64,000 bases of DNA from Epiperipatus broadwayi. Lineage: Eukaryota > Animalia > Onychophora. The position numbers were made by a program, and so were the translations under genes. The stretch's first letter is position 1; each line of letters starts with the position of its first letter. Below, piece by piece: positions 39,628 to 51,352 of this stretch. Under the pieces are notes generated by a model, which was not told the DNA's origin, did no database searches, and saw only the letters and a program-made list of their open reading frames with translations. Where the stretch lies: positions 15,624,001-15,688,000 of the forward strand of contig JAQFVV010000002.1 in the NCBI GenBank assembly GCA_028023455.1, read 5' to 3'.

Positions 39628-41259
39628 TACCTCATTTCTCTTGTCTTTGATCTTACGTTTATGATTATACCCCTACTCAAGGTATTAAAAGAAGATAGCA
39701 ACCAGTCCCTACATTGTGTGAGAGTAATGTAGTGAAAATTACACTATAGAAATATTATGTATTAAGCGGATAATCTCTAGTCTAATGAATGACTAATAAA
39801 AATTATTATTTTTATCTTGTCTGAAGTTAGTGTTATTAATTATAGGTGGTGAAATTTAAGACTAGCTGTTAAAATATTCTTTTCCATATGCATTATTAAC
39901 AGTAATTATAAGTAATAAAAAACAAAAATAATTAAAGTAATGAGAAAGGAATTAATAATTTATTTTGTTGCATCTAGTAAATTTTCTTTAATGTGACTGT
40001 TTACCTACAGGTGGCATTATAACTTCATTTTCCATCTGTAATGTCAGTTTGAATCCAGGCTACATAAAACTTGACTAGATTATATCTATTTATGCTCCAA
40101 TCATGCTTAGAATTTTTTATTCAGGTAGTGCTTTCTAGCAAACTTATTTGCTATTGATTGATAAATAGCTGTGCAGCTGTTCATACTTAAGAGGATAAAC
40201 AAGAGAGAAACATTTCTGAAATATCACTGACTATTCAGTAATTGGGAAATTTGATTAATAATGTTTTTTCACTGTTCCTAGATAGCAGGCTGGAGAGGCC
40301 TTATCTATGCAGTGGGATATTTATGTATTTATAAAGTTAACATTTCTATACATTTAAATTTTATTATTGAGATTTTTTAAAAAATAATTTCATTTATTAT
40401 ATTAGAAGAAATGATTTTTAAGTAAAAGATTTGATAGCAAACTATCTCAATCAATTATAAAGATTCAGTTTTTACTTTACAAGTTTAATTTAATGCCCTA
40501 CTTATATAAGGTCCTAATTTATTCAATCTTAGATACTGTGTTGTGTGTTGGTGAATTTAAATAATACTGCATATTAAAAATTTAACAAGAAAAGAAAATA
40601 ATTTTCTTTTTTTAAAACGGTAATTTATTTTATAAAACATTAAAAACAATTGTTATGCTTGACATCAATCTTGTGTTTTCAATGGCAATGACAAGTGACA
40701 AGTGGAAAGTTATATAAAAATATTTATATTTTATACATTATTTTTTATTTGACTGTTTTTTATGCTTATAAACATACCTTTACAAATGACTACACAAGTG
40801 GTTTTTATATAAAGTAAAGCAATATATGGTTTATATAAAAAAAATTCTATAAAGTAGCATACAAAAAAAAAACCTATTAACAAATGTCAAAATTTATAAT
40901 AATTTTATTTTCCAACTTTTTAAATTGTTTTGACAAAACTTTTTTTTAATGTATTAAAAAAAGTAATAATAATAATAATAATATCTCAATTATAAATAAT
41001 TAATGATCTGATAACATTGTTAAAAATATAAACACTGGCAGGTATTTATATTTATATGGATTTTCAACTGTACTAAATTTTTGGGTTATATACCTTTTGA
41101 TTACACACTCATTTATATGCCTAAACAAAGCACACGTGATTTTTTTTCGCCTTCAAGATCGAAAGGAGTCTACAACTTACAACCAAAATCACTAAAATAT
41201 ATCATTTCTATACCGAAAAAAAATTCAACCAATTTTCAATTATTTAGACGACTTTTTAT

Positions 41260-43225
41260 TTAGGTACTTACAACTGCAGCTCACTTTTAAGTGAAGGAAG
41301 ATTGCAAGAATTAGAAAAAGAACTGTCTTATATTAAATGGGACATTATTGGACTTTGTGAAGTTAGAAGAAAAGGTGAAAAAACAATTGATTTAAAAGTG
41401 GACATGTACTCTATTATAAAGGCACAAATATGGGAAATACAAGTGGAGTAAGATTCATTATAAATAAAAAGTGGAAGAACAACATTGTGGAGATTGATGG
41501 TGTATTGGACAGAGTGACAAGATTAGTTATACAACTTAATAGTAGATACCAAATGCAGATAATTCAGGTTTATGCCCCAACAAGTTCTCATAGTGATGAA
41601 GTAGTAGAAGATTTTTATATGGATATACAAAAGGCTTTTGATCAGAGTAAACAACATTTTAGTATTGTTATGGAAGACTTTAATGCTAGAATTAGTAAAC
41701 AAATGAGAGATGAAAGTGCTGTAGGTAATTTTGGTTATGGTAATAGAAATGAATAAGGACATAGACTTGTGGAGTTTGCAGAAAAAGAAAAACTTTATAT
41801 TATGAATTCTTTTTTTGAAAAAAATAAAAGGAAATGGACATGGAAACATTTAAATGAAGGGACAGAGCAAAATTGGATTATATTTTGACTAACAGAAAAT
41901 ACATATTTCAAGATTGTAATGTTCTTAATAAATTAAACAGAGGAAGTGACCATCAATTAGTAAGATGTGAAATACATGTTAATGCAAAACTAGAGAGTCA
42001 AAAATTATTAAGAAAAACAATATTTACAGTTGATATTCCTAATCTTCAAAAACATTCTAATGAATTTAAATTAGAACTTACAAATCGGTTTCAAGTATTA
42101 GTAGATTTTGAACTTGATTCAGATTTGAATGAAATTAATATGAAAATAAGTAATACACTTTTAAAAACTGCAACAAAGATAGCTGGTAGAAAAAAGCAGC
42201 AATTGACCAATAAAATTTCTACTGAGACTAAAGAATTTATGAAGAAAAGAAGGAATATGAAGGTATACAAAAATGATACATTAAAAAGGATTGAATATCT
42301 CAAATTTTGTAAAATGGTGTGGAAAAGAGATGAAAATGATATAAGAAAGTATAACTGTGAGCTAGCAAGGAAAGCTGTAGAAGAAAATAAAAGTATTAAG
42401 AATGTAAAACAACATTTTGGTATTGGTAGAAAATTTATATCTGCAATAAGAAAAAAAGATGGAATTATTACTAAAAAGAGAGATGACATCATGAAATGGG
42501 TAGAAGACTTTTATCAAAAATTATTTAGTAATAAAGAACAAGTACCTCCTATATCCATTACATCTTCCAAATTGCCCAGAATTTTAAATGAAGAAGTGAA
42601 ATATGCAATTAAATATATGAAATAAAAGGCTCCAGGTAATGATGGAATTACAATTGATATATTAAAAGAAGCAGGTGAAGAAATAGAATTTTTTTTAGCA
42701 AAGTTATATACCAAATGTCTAAATGATAAAGATGTACCAGATGATTGGAAGAATGCAGTATTAATATTAATATTTAAATCAGGTGATAAAGAAGATATTA
42801 GAAATTACAGACCTATCAGCCTTTTATCGGTTTTATACAAAATTTTTACCAAGATAATTACAACTCATCTACAAAGAACACTGGATTTCCACCAACCAAG
42901 AGATCAAGCTGGATTTAAAAGTGGTTTTAGTATAGTAGATCATATCCAGGTATTAAGAGAAGTTATAGAAAGGAAAAATGAATAAGAGTTGCCATTATGT
43001 TTTGGATTTGTAGATTATGAAAAGGCATTTGATTCTATAAACATTTCTTCAGTGATTAAAGCATTGGATCATCAAGGTATAGATCCAGGATATTGTCATA
43101 TTTTAAAGAATATTTATAAAAATGCAACAGCAACAATTAGATTATATAATGATACTGGGAAAGTCAACATTGAGAAGGGTGTAAGACAGGGTGACTCCAT
43201 ATCTCCAAAACTTTTTATAGCAGTT
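41260..43225 (+). mobile_element. RTE-clade LINE relic (APE endonuclease plus RT), truncated after the GVRQG motif
   Basis: LGTYNC...ELSYIKWDIIGLCEVRR, QIIQVYAPTS, DYILTNRK, KAPGNDGI, NYRPISLLSVLYKIFTKII, DQAGF, FVDYEKAFDSI, GVRQGDSISPKLF; frameshifted. Confidence 0.9.
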
Positions 43226-43417
43226 GTTTTCCTGAAGATTTATGATGGTGCCATTTTAGGTGTATTTATATATTGAACTATTTCCATCATCTAATATTAA
43301 GTATTGAATGTCTTTAGAAATATTTACCTTTATTTAGATTTTCCAATTATATTCAAGTGTTAGTTATTGCTCACAGGTTAGTATATGCACAACATTTCAA
43401 GAGAGTTATTATTCTCC
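43226..43417 (-). repeat. Third, partial copy of the family D PLE 3' repeat
   Basis: Matches 35987-36130 directly and 37940-38122 in reverse (ACTATTTCCATCATCTAATAT, CACAGGTTAGTATATG). Confidence 0.8.
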
Positions 43418-46394
43418 AAAGTTAAATTTTTATAAAGATATTCAATATTTAATATTGTATGATGGAAATAGACCAATATATGAATTAACAATTCTTTTCA
43501 AATCTTTGCAAAAACCAATTTTAAAAACTTATTACCACATATAGAGGTAAAGTGTCTATCAATAGGTCAAACTTTAAACAGATTATTGAAATTGAAAGAT
43601 GAAGTTATTACATCTTTAGCTGAGGAAAAATCTGATTTTGTTAATGTTTCCAAAATGACATAGTTTTCATTTAAAACTATATTATTTATTGAATATTTTT
43701 GAAACTTTGATGATTCTAACATGTTGATTCAAGGAAAAAAGTCTAACATTTATATTAAAAGATAAGGTTGAATGTTTATCTAAAATAATTAACATATGAA
43801 AAAATATTTGGAAAATAATTCTATAGAAATGTTTAGAGCCATAGATAATTTTATAATTAATAATATATTTGAATATTCAAAGTGCATTGAGACAGAGTTC
43901 AGTAATGGTACATTTGATTCTGAAAAAACTTAGTCGAGTTAATAAACCATATTCAACTACCACAAAAAAAAAACATCAGTTATTTGCCATTAAATGATTA
44001 AGAAAACTTTTCCAACTCAAGTGACATGTTTTTAAAACTTGTTTCCTAAAAATACTAAATGAGTTTAGCTTAGATTACTTTCAACAATTTTTGAAATGTC
44101 TAAACATATTCATATTTTTTTTTGTAGGGTGTATTAATAATGTAAAGTGGTGTTCTCTGTATTGATAATTATAAAATTAAAATGTTAATCAATTCTGAAA
44201 AATGTCAAAAATGCTTTACGTTTTGCAGCACCAAATATTTAATCAAGACTTAATTCTTTATATAAAAATAAACAAGCATATCTATTTCATTTGCTTTCAT
44301 TTTTAATACATGGTAAACTTATATGCAGATCAAAATTAATTTATTTGTAATCTATAATTAATAAATATTTAATTTGTATATCTATTTCATATACTTGGTA
44401 TCATGTAAACATTTCTGGAATGAAAAGGGATCACAAATGGAAAAAGTTTAAGCCTTGTTGTATATATATAAACTATCTTACTCCATTATTTATAAATTCA
44501 ATATTCACAGTTTTTCCTAGAACCAATTCAATTAAAATATACAAAGGTTTTTTCGATTTAGTTTTAATTAAATTAGGACTTAATGATAATAATAATATTT
44601 AAAAGTTATCCAAATGTGAAATTTAGAAGCTAAATTCCTAATCAAACATGAAATTTTAATGCATTTCAAGCTTACCAATGTAACTAATAATAAAATATTC
44701 AATTTCTATGAAACTAAATACACAAAAATAATTGCTTCAAATTAAAGTATTTTGAAAAATAACTGATTGCTTACGGTATTCGTGCTAATAATGAGCATAG
44801 TGTGTTAATTATCACATCTTGTGTGAAGGCTTCATGCTACTTTTCAATTAGACAATTCAAAAATTATATTTTAGCATACTTTTATGGATCTTTTCTAAGT
44901 GAACTCCTCAGTTAATTATTGGTTACATGTTTCATTCTTTAATTTGTTGTTTAATCTTCATTTTGTCACAACATTCCATTTAGGTTTCATTTTTAAAAAA
45001 ATAATTTGAAATATATACCTATTTTGAATTCAATATTTTTTATAAACATTTCACTTTTTATTAAATAATAATTTCATTTTGAATACTATATAATTTTCTG
45101 TTACATTTGAATAAAACTTTAGAATTGTTAGATTTTTGTCTTATAATTTTAATGATAATTTTGGGTGAGGTGCTACTAATAGATATAAAACAATATAGGA
45201 TTCAACTTCAAATGTGTGATAGTATTGTGTTTGTAACACCAATTATAAATTATTTTCATGTGATAAATTATTGGTTTAAGATAGTTTAGGTAAAATAATA
45301 TTTGTAATTAATGAATTAGCAATCTACATATGTAAATCATGTGAGTACAAGCAAATTAATACCAACAGCATATGTCTAAAAGATTGGTTTCCTCTCATAT
45401 GATTTAAAATAATATTGTAAAAAACTAACCAAGTAAATTCTTTCTAAAAACAACTGTTTCTAAAGACAAAATGTCAATTAAAAATATTTTCTCCACTATT
45501 AAAATTTATCACTATCAAATTAATACTTACATTATTGATTCCATTACCCAGATTACTTTTAGTACTATGAATGACTACTTTATTTTACTTTACTTACATT
45601 AATTAAGTGATAGTTTGATGTAAAGTTAACTAATTTTTCTTCTAGGGTCTGTGCACAATAAGACTCAAACTTTTACAAAAGAATAAATATACTTTAGATT
45701 TAAGATCAACCTTTAAAACATCCTGATTTATAGATCTAATCATATGGAAGAAACCATATTTACCAAATAGTAAAATCTAGCTAATGTCACATGCAAAAGG
45801 AAGCTTTGATATAATATTTTATAAGTATCACCAGGAAAATTAGTCTCTTTTAACAAGTGAAATATATAAAAAAATATCCCTTTGAGATCTTATAGTACCA
45901 ACATCTTTAATTATCACTTAAGAATGCAGAAGCAAAGCAGTAAAAATATACTAACAAACTCTGGTCAGTTAATACCACTTTAAAAACCATTAAAGCTGTG
46001 ACTATCACTGATAATGTCCTGAATAATTTAGGATAGTGATAGAATGATCGACTTGATAATAAAAGTCCATAGATTGAAGTGTAACTATTGCTATTTCTAA
46101 TGCTCAAACAGCATATCACTTTCCAAACAACGAATTCATTCAGTTATTTATTACTGTTCAATCTTTTATTTTATTATTATTATAGTTTCAGCCATATCTA
46201 TTTATAAATTACTTAGTATTATTCTAGTTTAACCATGATCCCAGAAAAGTCTCCCATGAGCTCAAAGGCTTGTTTTAGAATGCAGATATTACATTTTTAT
46301 TGAAATTATGTTATTTCAAATGTTAAAATCAATATTTCTTTTAGTTAAATATTTGAAAACCAGGAGGCACTCTTCATAAACCTGGAGCTTAATT

Positions 46395-46822
46395 GTAAAT
46401 ATTGGGGACTTGAACTCAGACTTTCAAGCACCCACCAACTATCCACACTATCTCATACAACTGATACACATGACCACACACGTAGATTAATAATCATCAA
46501 TATCAGTATTTCATGCTAAACCAGCACTCATTAGTTAGTCCAGATTATCATCTCCCACATATATATATATATAAGATTGAAGCCTATCCATTAAAGTGTC
46601 AAGATTTGCTATCTTAATATAAACTGAGCACTGCTTATATATATATGTGTGTGTGTGTGGGAGATGATAATCTGGACCAACTGATGAGTACTGGTTTAGC
46701 ATGAAATATTATATTGGTGATTATTTACCTTTTCTACATGTGTGTTCATGTGTATCAGTTGTATGAGATAGTGTGGATAGTTGGTGGGTGCTTGAAAGTC
46801 CGAGTTCAAATCCCCGATATTT
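46395..46822. mobile_element. Family A head-to-head pair (A5 minus 46395-46572; A6 plus 46573-46822)
   Basis: Arms are reverse complements; each has an HHR motif and B-box-like tail pointing outward. Confidence 0.9.
46667..46724 (+). ncRNA. Type I hammerhead ribozyme motif (family A, best-preserved copy A6)
   Basis: AUAAUC-UGG-ACCAA-CUGAUGA(46681)-GUACU-GGUUU-AGCAU-GAAA-UAUU-AUA/UUGGU-GAUUAU: bulged stem I (5+6 bp), intact core, one mismatch in stem II, predicted cleavage after 46713. Confidence 0.8.
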
Positions 46823-47830
46823 AAATATTTTTGCAAATACACGTTCATTTATATGTTATTAAAACTTTTGTTGATTTCAAATTAACCTACTAAAAATTAA
46901 TAAAAGTGCTGATTCTACTATATTAATAATAAAGTTTTATCAACAGGAGCACATGAAATATTTGTCTATCTCTACCATAGATTATAAAGAAAATTATAAA
47001 GTGTAAAGATTGACTTTTCTTAATTCAATTGTATGGTGTATTCAAAAACTTTAATTTGTAATTGTAGAAGGTAATTTTCCTTAACTTGAAAGTAAAAATT
47101 AACTAAAATGTTTGTTTTACTTATATTACTGCGTATATATATATATATATATAGTGATCTGAATTATAATAATCATATTTTAAAATTTAAAATTAATATT
47201 AAAATATTGATTAGTAATGATCACAATTTATACCTATTGTCATGTCTATATAATGTCAAAAAAAAAATTTATGTAATGATTTTACTTTCTTTTATTAAAA
47301 ACAAAGTGTTGCAGATTGTGAAATATTTCAAATTGTGCATATAAAATATAAAAAGAAATTACTTTCAGAAAATATAAATTCCAATAATAAATTATGGTTG
47401 CTATTTTGAAATAAAATCCAATAATTTTATTAATAATTAAATTCATGTAACACTATATAACAAGTAAAATAACTAACATAAAAAAAAGGACTGCTTAAGT
47501 TAATTGTGAACAGTTCATTGTATAATTTAATGTCACCAGAAAGAAAGTACTGTTAGTTTCAATAGTTTCACAAATTTAGTTTAATATTTTTAAAATTTTT
47601 TTATGATGTTTTACTACAGATTTACATATATTGCATACATAAGGATTTATTCCTTCAAACCCAAATGCTTATATATGGGCAAATCTTAAGTACTGGAAAT
47701 GAAAGCGTGAGGATAGACCACTTACTTTAAATTACTGTTCACGATGTCTGATCGAATGACGTCGACGAAATTATCTAGAATTTACTCATTTTTGAAATAC
47801 AGGCATTCTTCATATATCTGGAGCTTAATT

Positions 47831-48153
47831 GTAAATATAGGGGATTTGAACTCAGACTTTCAAGCACCCTTCATCTATCCATACTATCTCATACCACAAT
47901 ACACATGATCACACACAGGCTGTCCATTAAAGTATGAAGATTTTCTATCTTAATATAAACTGAGCTCTGATTATATATGTGTGTGGCAGATGATAATCTG
48001 GCCCAACTGATGAGTGCTGGTTCAGCACAAAATACATATATTGGTGATTATTTATCTTTGTTGCAAGTGTGTGGTCATGTGTATCAGTGGTATGAGATAG
48101 TGTGGATAGATTAAGGGTGCTTGAAAGTCTGAGTTCAAACCCCCTATATTTAA
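47831..48153. mobile_element. Family A head-to-head pair (short minus arm 47831-47917; long plus arm 47918-48153)
   Basis: HHR at 47993-48050: CCAA-CUGAUGA-GUGCUG-GUU-CAGCAC-AAAA-UACAU-AUA/UUGG (G12 to A); tail GAAAGTCTGAGTTCAAACCCCC. Confidence 0.9.
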
Positions 48154-49045
48154 ATTCATTTTTATATATTTAAATTTTCTATGCTTACTGTATAATTATA
48201 CAAAGATGATTCATCATTTTATTACATTTATATATGTAAACATTTTGAACATTTAACCAAGAAATGGTAATATAGTTTTTATTATTGTTATAATTTGCCA
48301 AGCATGTTTTCTGTGTTAACAATGAAAAATCATAGCTCATGATTCTGGCTGTTAACATCGAAAGCATGCTCAGTAAATTAGAACAATAATAAAAACTGTA
48401 TTACCATTTCTAGATTAAATGTTCAAAAGGTTTATATATATATATAAATTACAGTGAGCACAAGAAAAGAGAAATAATAATTTATTGCTCTGTACATTTT
48501 TATCAGAACACACACATGATATTATTTAGTTGCACTGATTCGTTTTTTGACTGATGGTTTTAAAAATTGTAACAGAAACTAATGGATTCTGAGATAACTT
48601 TTCTAGCACCCAGTACCAACTATAAATAAGGTTTAAGTTTGTTGCATTTGATTAAAACAGAAGTTAGGAACAACAGGAAAAGATTGTAGGGATATATTGA
48701 TGAGGCACCAAAAACCTATTCATAGGATAAAGAGGAGCTCAACATTTCTAGGAATATAATACCTCATCATCAAAGTCATATTTGTGTTTTTATAGTCAAT
48801 ATGCTGACACTCATCAGAATGATCTAGATTATTCTGTAACTTTTCACTTTTACTTAAAATAGCTAAATACCTATTTACCAACAAATATTAGTATCAAGTT
48901 TGTCTGGGGATGAAAATTCAATCTAAAAAAAAAATCTTAAGCATACTTGTATCTCATAAAATGTTTTCAAAATTCAGAAAACCTGATATTTGAGTCAAGT
49001 TGCATGCATTTTGAACATTCTTTAAGATTTACAAACATAGGCATA

Positions 49046-49293
49046 AAAACTGAAATAAATCAAGATACTGCCAAATCTCAACCGCTCGTTCCAACACATA
49101 ACTGACAGCCAATCAGATGCCAAAGATAGCTGTCTAAAATGACATCCAAACCTAAACACACAACAAAGATTTTATGAGAAAAGGGTGGCCACCCTTCTCT
49201 CAACTTTTCTTTCTATATATCTAAGCAAGTCGCAAGCATTTAGGTTGGAACAAGTGCTTGAGATTTGGCAGTATCTCGATTTATTTCAGTTTT
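49046..49293. repeat. MITE-like inverted repeat, ~50-bp arms
   Basis: AAAACTGAAATAAATCAAGATACTGCCAAATCTCAA...GTTCCAAC versus GTTGGAAC...TTGAGATTTGGCAGTATCTCGATTTATTTCAGTTTT; no TSD seen. Confidence 0.75.
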
Positions 49294-50441
49294 CAACTAT
49301 CTGCGCTTTGCGGGTTAAAATGTTAAACATAAGCATGAAAAGTGAATTTGCTAATCATTATGATATGAGGCCCTTCAATGGGATGAAAGGACCATACATT
49401 TAGACAAAATTTTATAACAAATAGTTCATTCTATTTGCCACTTTTCAGGATAAAAATTAAGCATTATCCATATTAAGTATTTTTTTTTTGTTTTTATATT
49501 TTTATTTTACTAAATAATTATATTTTGAATTGAGATCAAAACCTGTGTTTTAATACTTATTTTTTATGTTTATACTTATGTATTTTTAAAAATCATACAT
49601 ATAATTTATGAATCTTGCATACAATGTATATAAAATTAGAGAGACATTATTGATGTAGCTTTGTCAAAAACAAACATTTTTAAGTTTTACAACTAACAGC
49701 TAATATAGAGTACAAACATACTCAATATTAGAGTACATGGTATAATGTAATATTAATTATTACTGCAAATAATTGATTCTATCTTAGATCACAATTTTTT
49801 TTTCACAGAAGGAATTCACCAATTATAGAAATAGAATGTGAAAGAATTGACAATTTTTGAAAATAGGATTGAATAAAAGTTTTCTGTTAATTGTAAGATT
49901 GTATCTTTTGTAATAAAATTGGAAAACACTTTTATCCAGCTGCATATCAATATCGGTTTAATAATGTCCAATGAGAACAATACTGAGGTCTTTCAAGACT
50001 GAATACAATTTATGAACATTCCAAAATAATACATTAGATGATTGTTAATAACTTTTGAAACAGTAAGTGATTTATAAACTCTAGAAAGTCTCAAGAGCAT
50101 ATATAGCAGTCATCTATAGATTTTAAAAGTAGAAATTAATCATATTCATCACTATGAGAATATTGTCATGTGGCTGATGCTAAACTTATTACATTTTCAA
50201 ATTAATATTTTTCTTAATAACTATGTTATTAACATTATTGATTATAACACAATTTTCAAAATTGTATTAACATCATTACTTGAAATATTTTTTTCATTTT
50301 AACATTTCTTCAGTTATCAAAGCTAGAGATGTTTAAATAAAATTAAAAATAGAGGAAAAAGATTGGGGGTAAAAAGTCATAAATTCCAATGAATAATGAC
50401 CCAACCACCATTTCTTATGCTTAAACAATTTATTAAAATGG

Positions 50442-50606
50442 TAGCAACTATCTCCATACTATGATGCCACCTAGTTCAAGGCATAGTAAACAATGGATAC
50501 TAGAAGATTTGTGCACTAGATAAGGATTTTGATGCACACAGCTTCTCCCATCCATTAATTACAATAGTTTGCACTAGGTAGCACTGTAGTATGGAGAGAG
50601 TTGCTA
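50442..50606. repeat. Short inverted repeat, ~38-bp arms
   Basis: TAGCAACTATCTCCATACTATGATGCCACCTAGTTCAA versus TTGCACTAGGTAGCACTGTAGTATGGAGAGAGTTGCTA. Confidence 0.7.
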
Positions 50607-51161
50607 TTGTTTTAACTTCTAAAGAAATGAGTTCTAGTATTTCTTTAAATAGGATAGAGTGTTTTTTGAATTGATATATTTTTTAAGTATAATTTCTTCT
50701 TCCATATCCAATTCATCAAAAACAGTTGATATTTTATCATTTAAGAGCTGAAGAATTTTTAGTAAAAATTAATTAATATAACATTAATGTACTTTTAAAC
50801 ATTAAATTTTGCCATGTTCATAAAAACATTATATCAGTAATTGATAAATTTCACAAAAGTTTGTTATTAATTTTTTTTAATAATTCTCTTAGATATAATA
50901 TTTCTTGAAATATTTATCATAGCACAAGTTTCAGAAAATATGTGTGTAAACTTATATAAATTATTTTTTTTTTTACAATAAAATACTATTGAATAAAGCA
51001 CAAATGAAAATTATATATCTTGGAAATTATTATTTGAAATTTTTCAAATTTTTAGTATTGAGAAAATTACAGAAATGAATTCAAAAATTGCTTTAAAAAC
51101 TCCAAATAATGTTTTTTTTTTTTGTTTAAAAAAACGCACATAAAATTTTCAAAAAATAATA

Positions 51162-51352
51162 TAATATATAGGGCATATGAGCACAGACTTTCACATGACC
51201 CACCACTCACAACTCTATCTCATATCACTGATACATTTGAACACATGTGTCGAAAATATAAACACATATATGTTCAAGTGTATCAGTGATATGAAATAGA
51301 GTGGCGAATGGTGGGTCATATGAAAGTTTGTGCTCATATACCCTATATATTA
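51162..51352. repeat. Hairpin made only of family A-like 3' tails (no HHR)
   Basis: Arms 51162-51246 and 51269-51352; GTGTATCAGTGATATGAAATAGAGTGG..TGGTGGGTC..TGAAAGT..G parallels the family A tail. Confidence 0.75.

Noticed and set aside
41523-42714. Minus-strand ORFs 41523-41849, 42091-42492, 42514-42714
   Set aside because: Antisense shadows of the RTE coding region.
44400-46119. Possible small host exons on the minus strand (GKTVNIEFINNG near 44480-44515; hydrophobic ORF 45907-46119)
   Set aside because: Splice-like signals are common in AT-rich DNA; no recognisable protein and no consistent exon chain.
47740-47775. CpG-rich CTGATCGAATGACGTCGACGAAA resembling an HHR core
   Set aside because: Inserted base in the core box, no convincing stems I-III, single occurrence.
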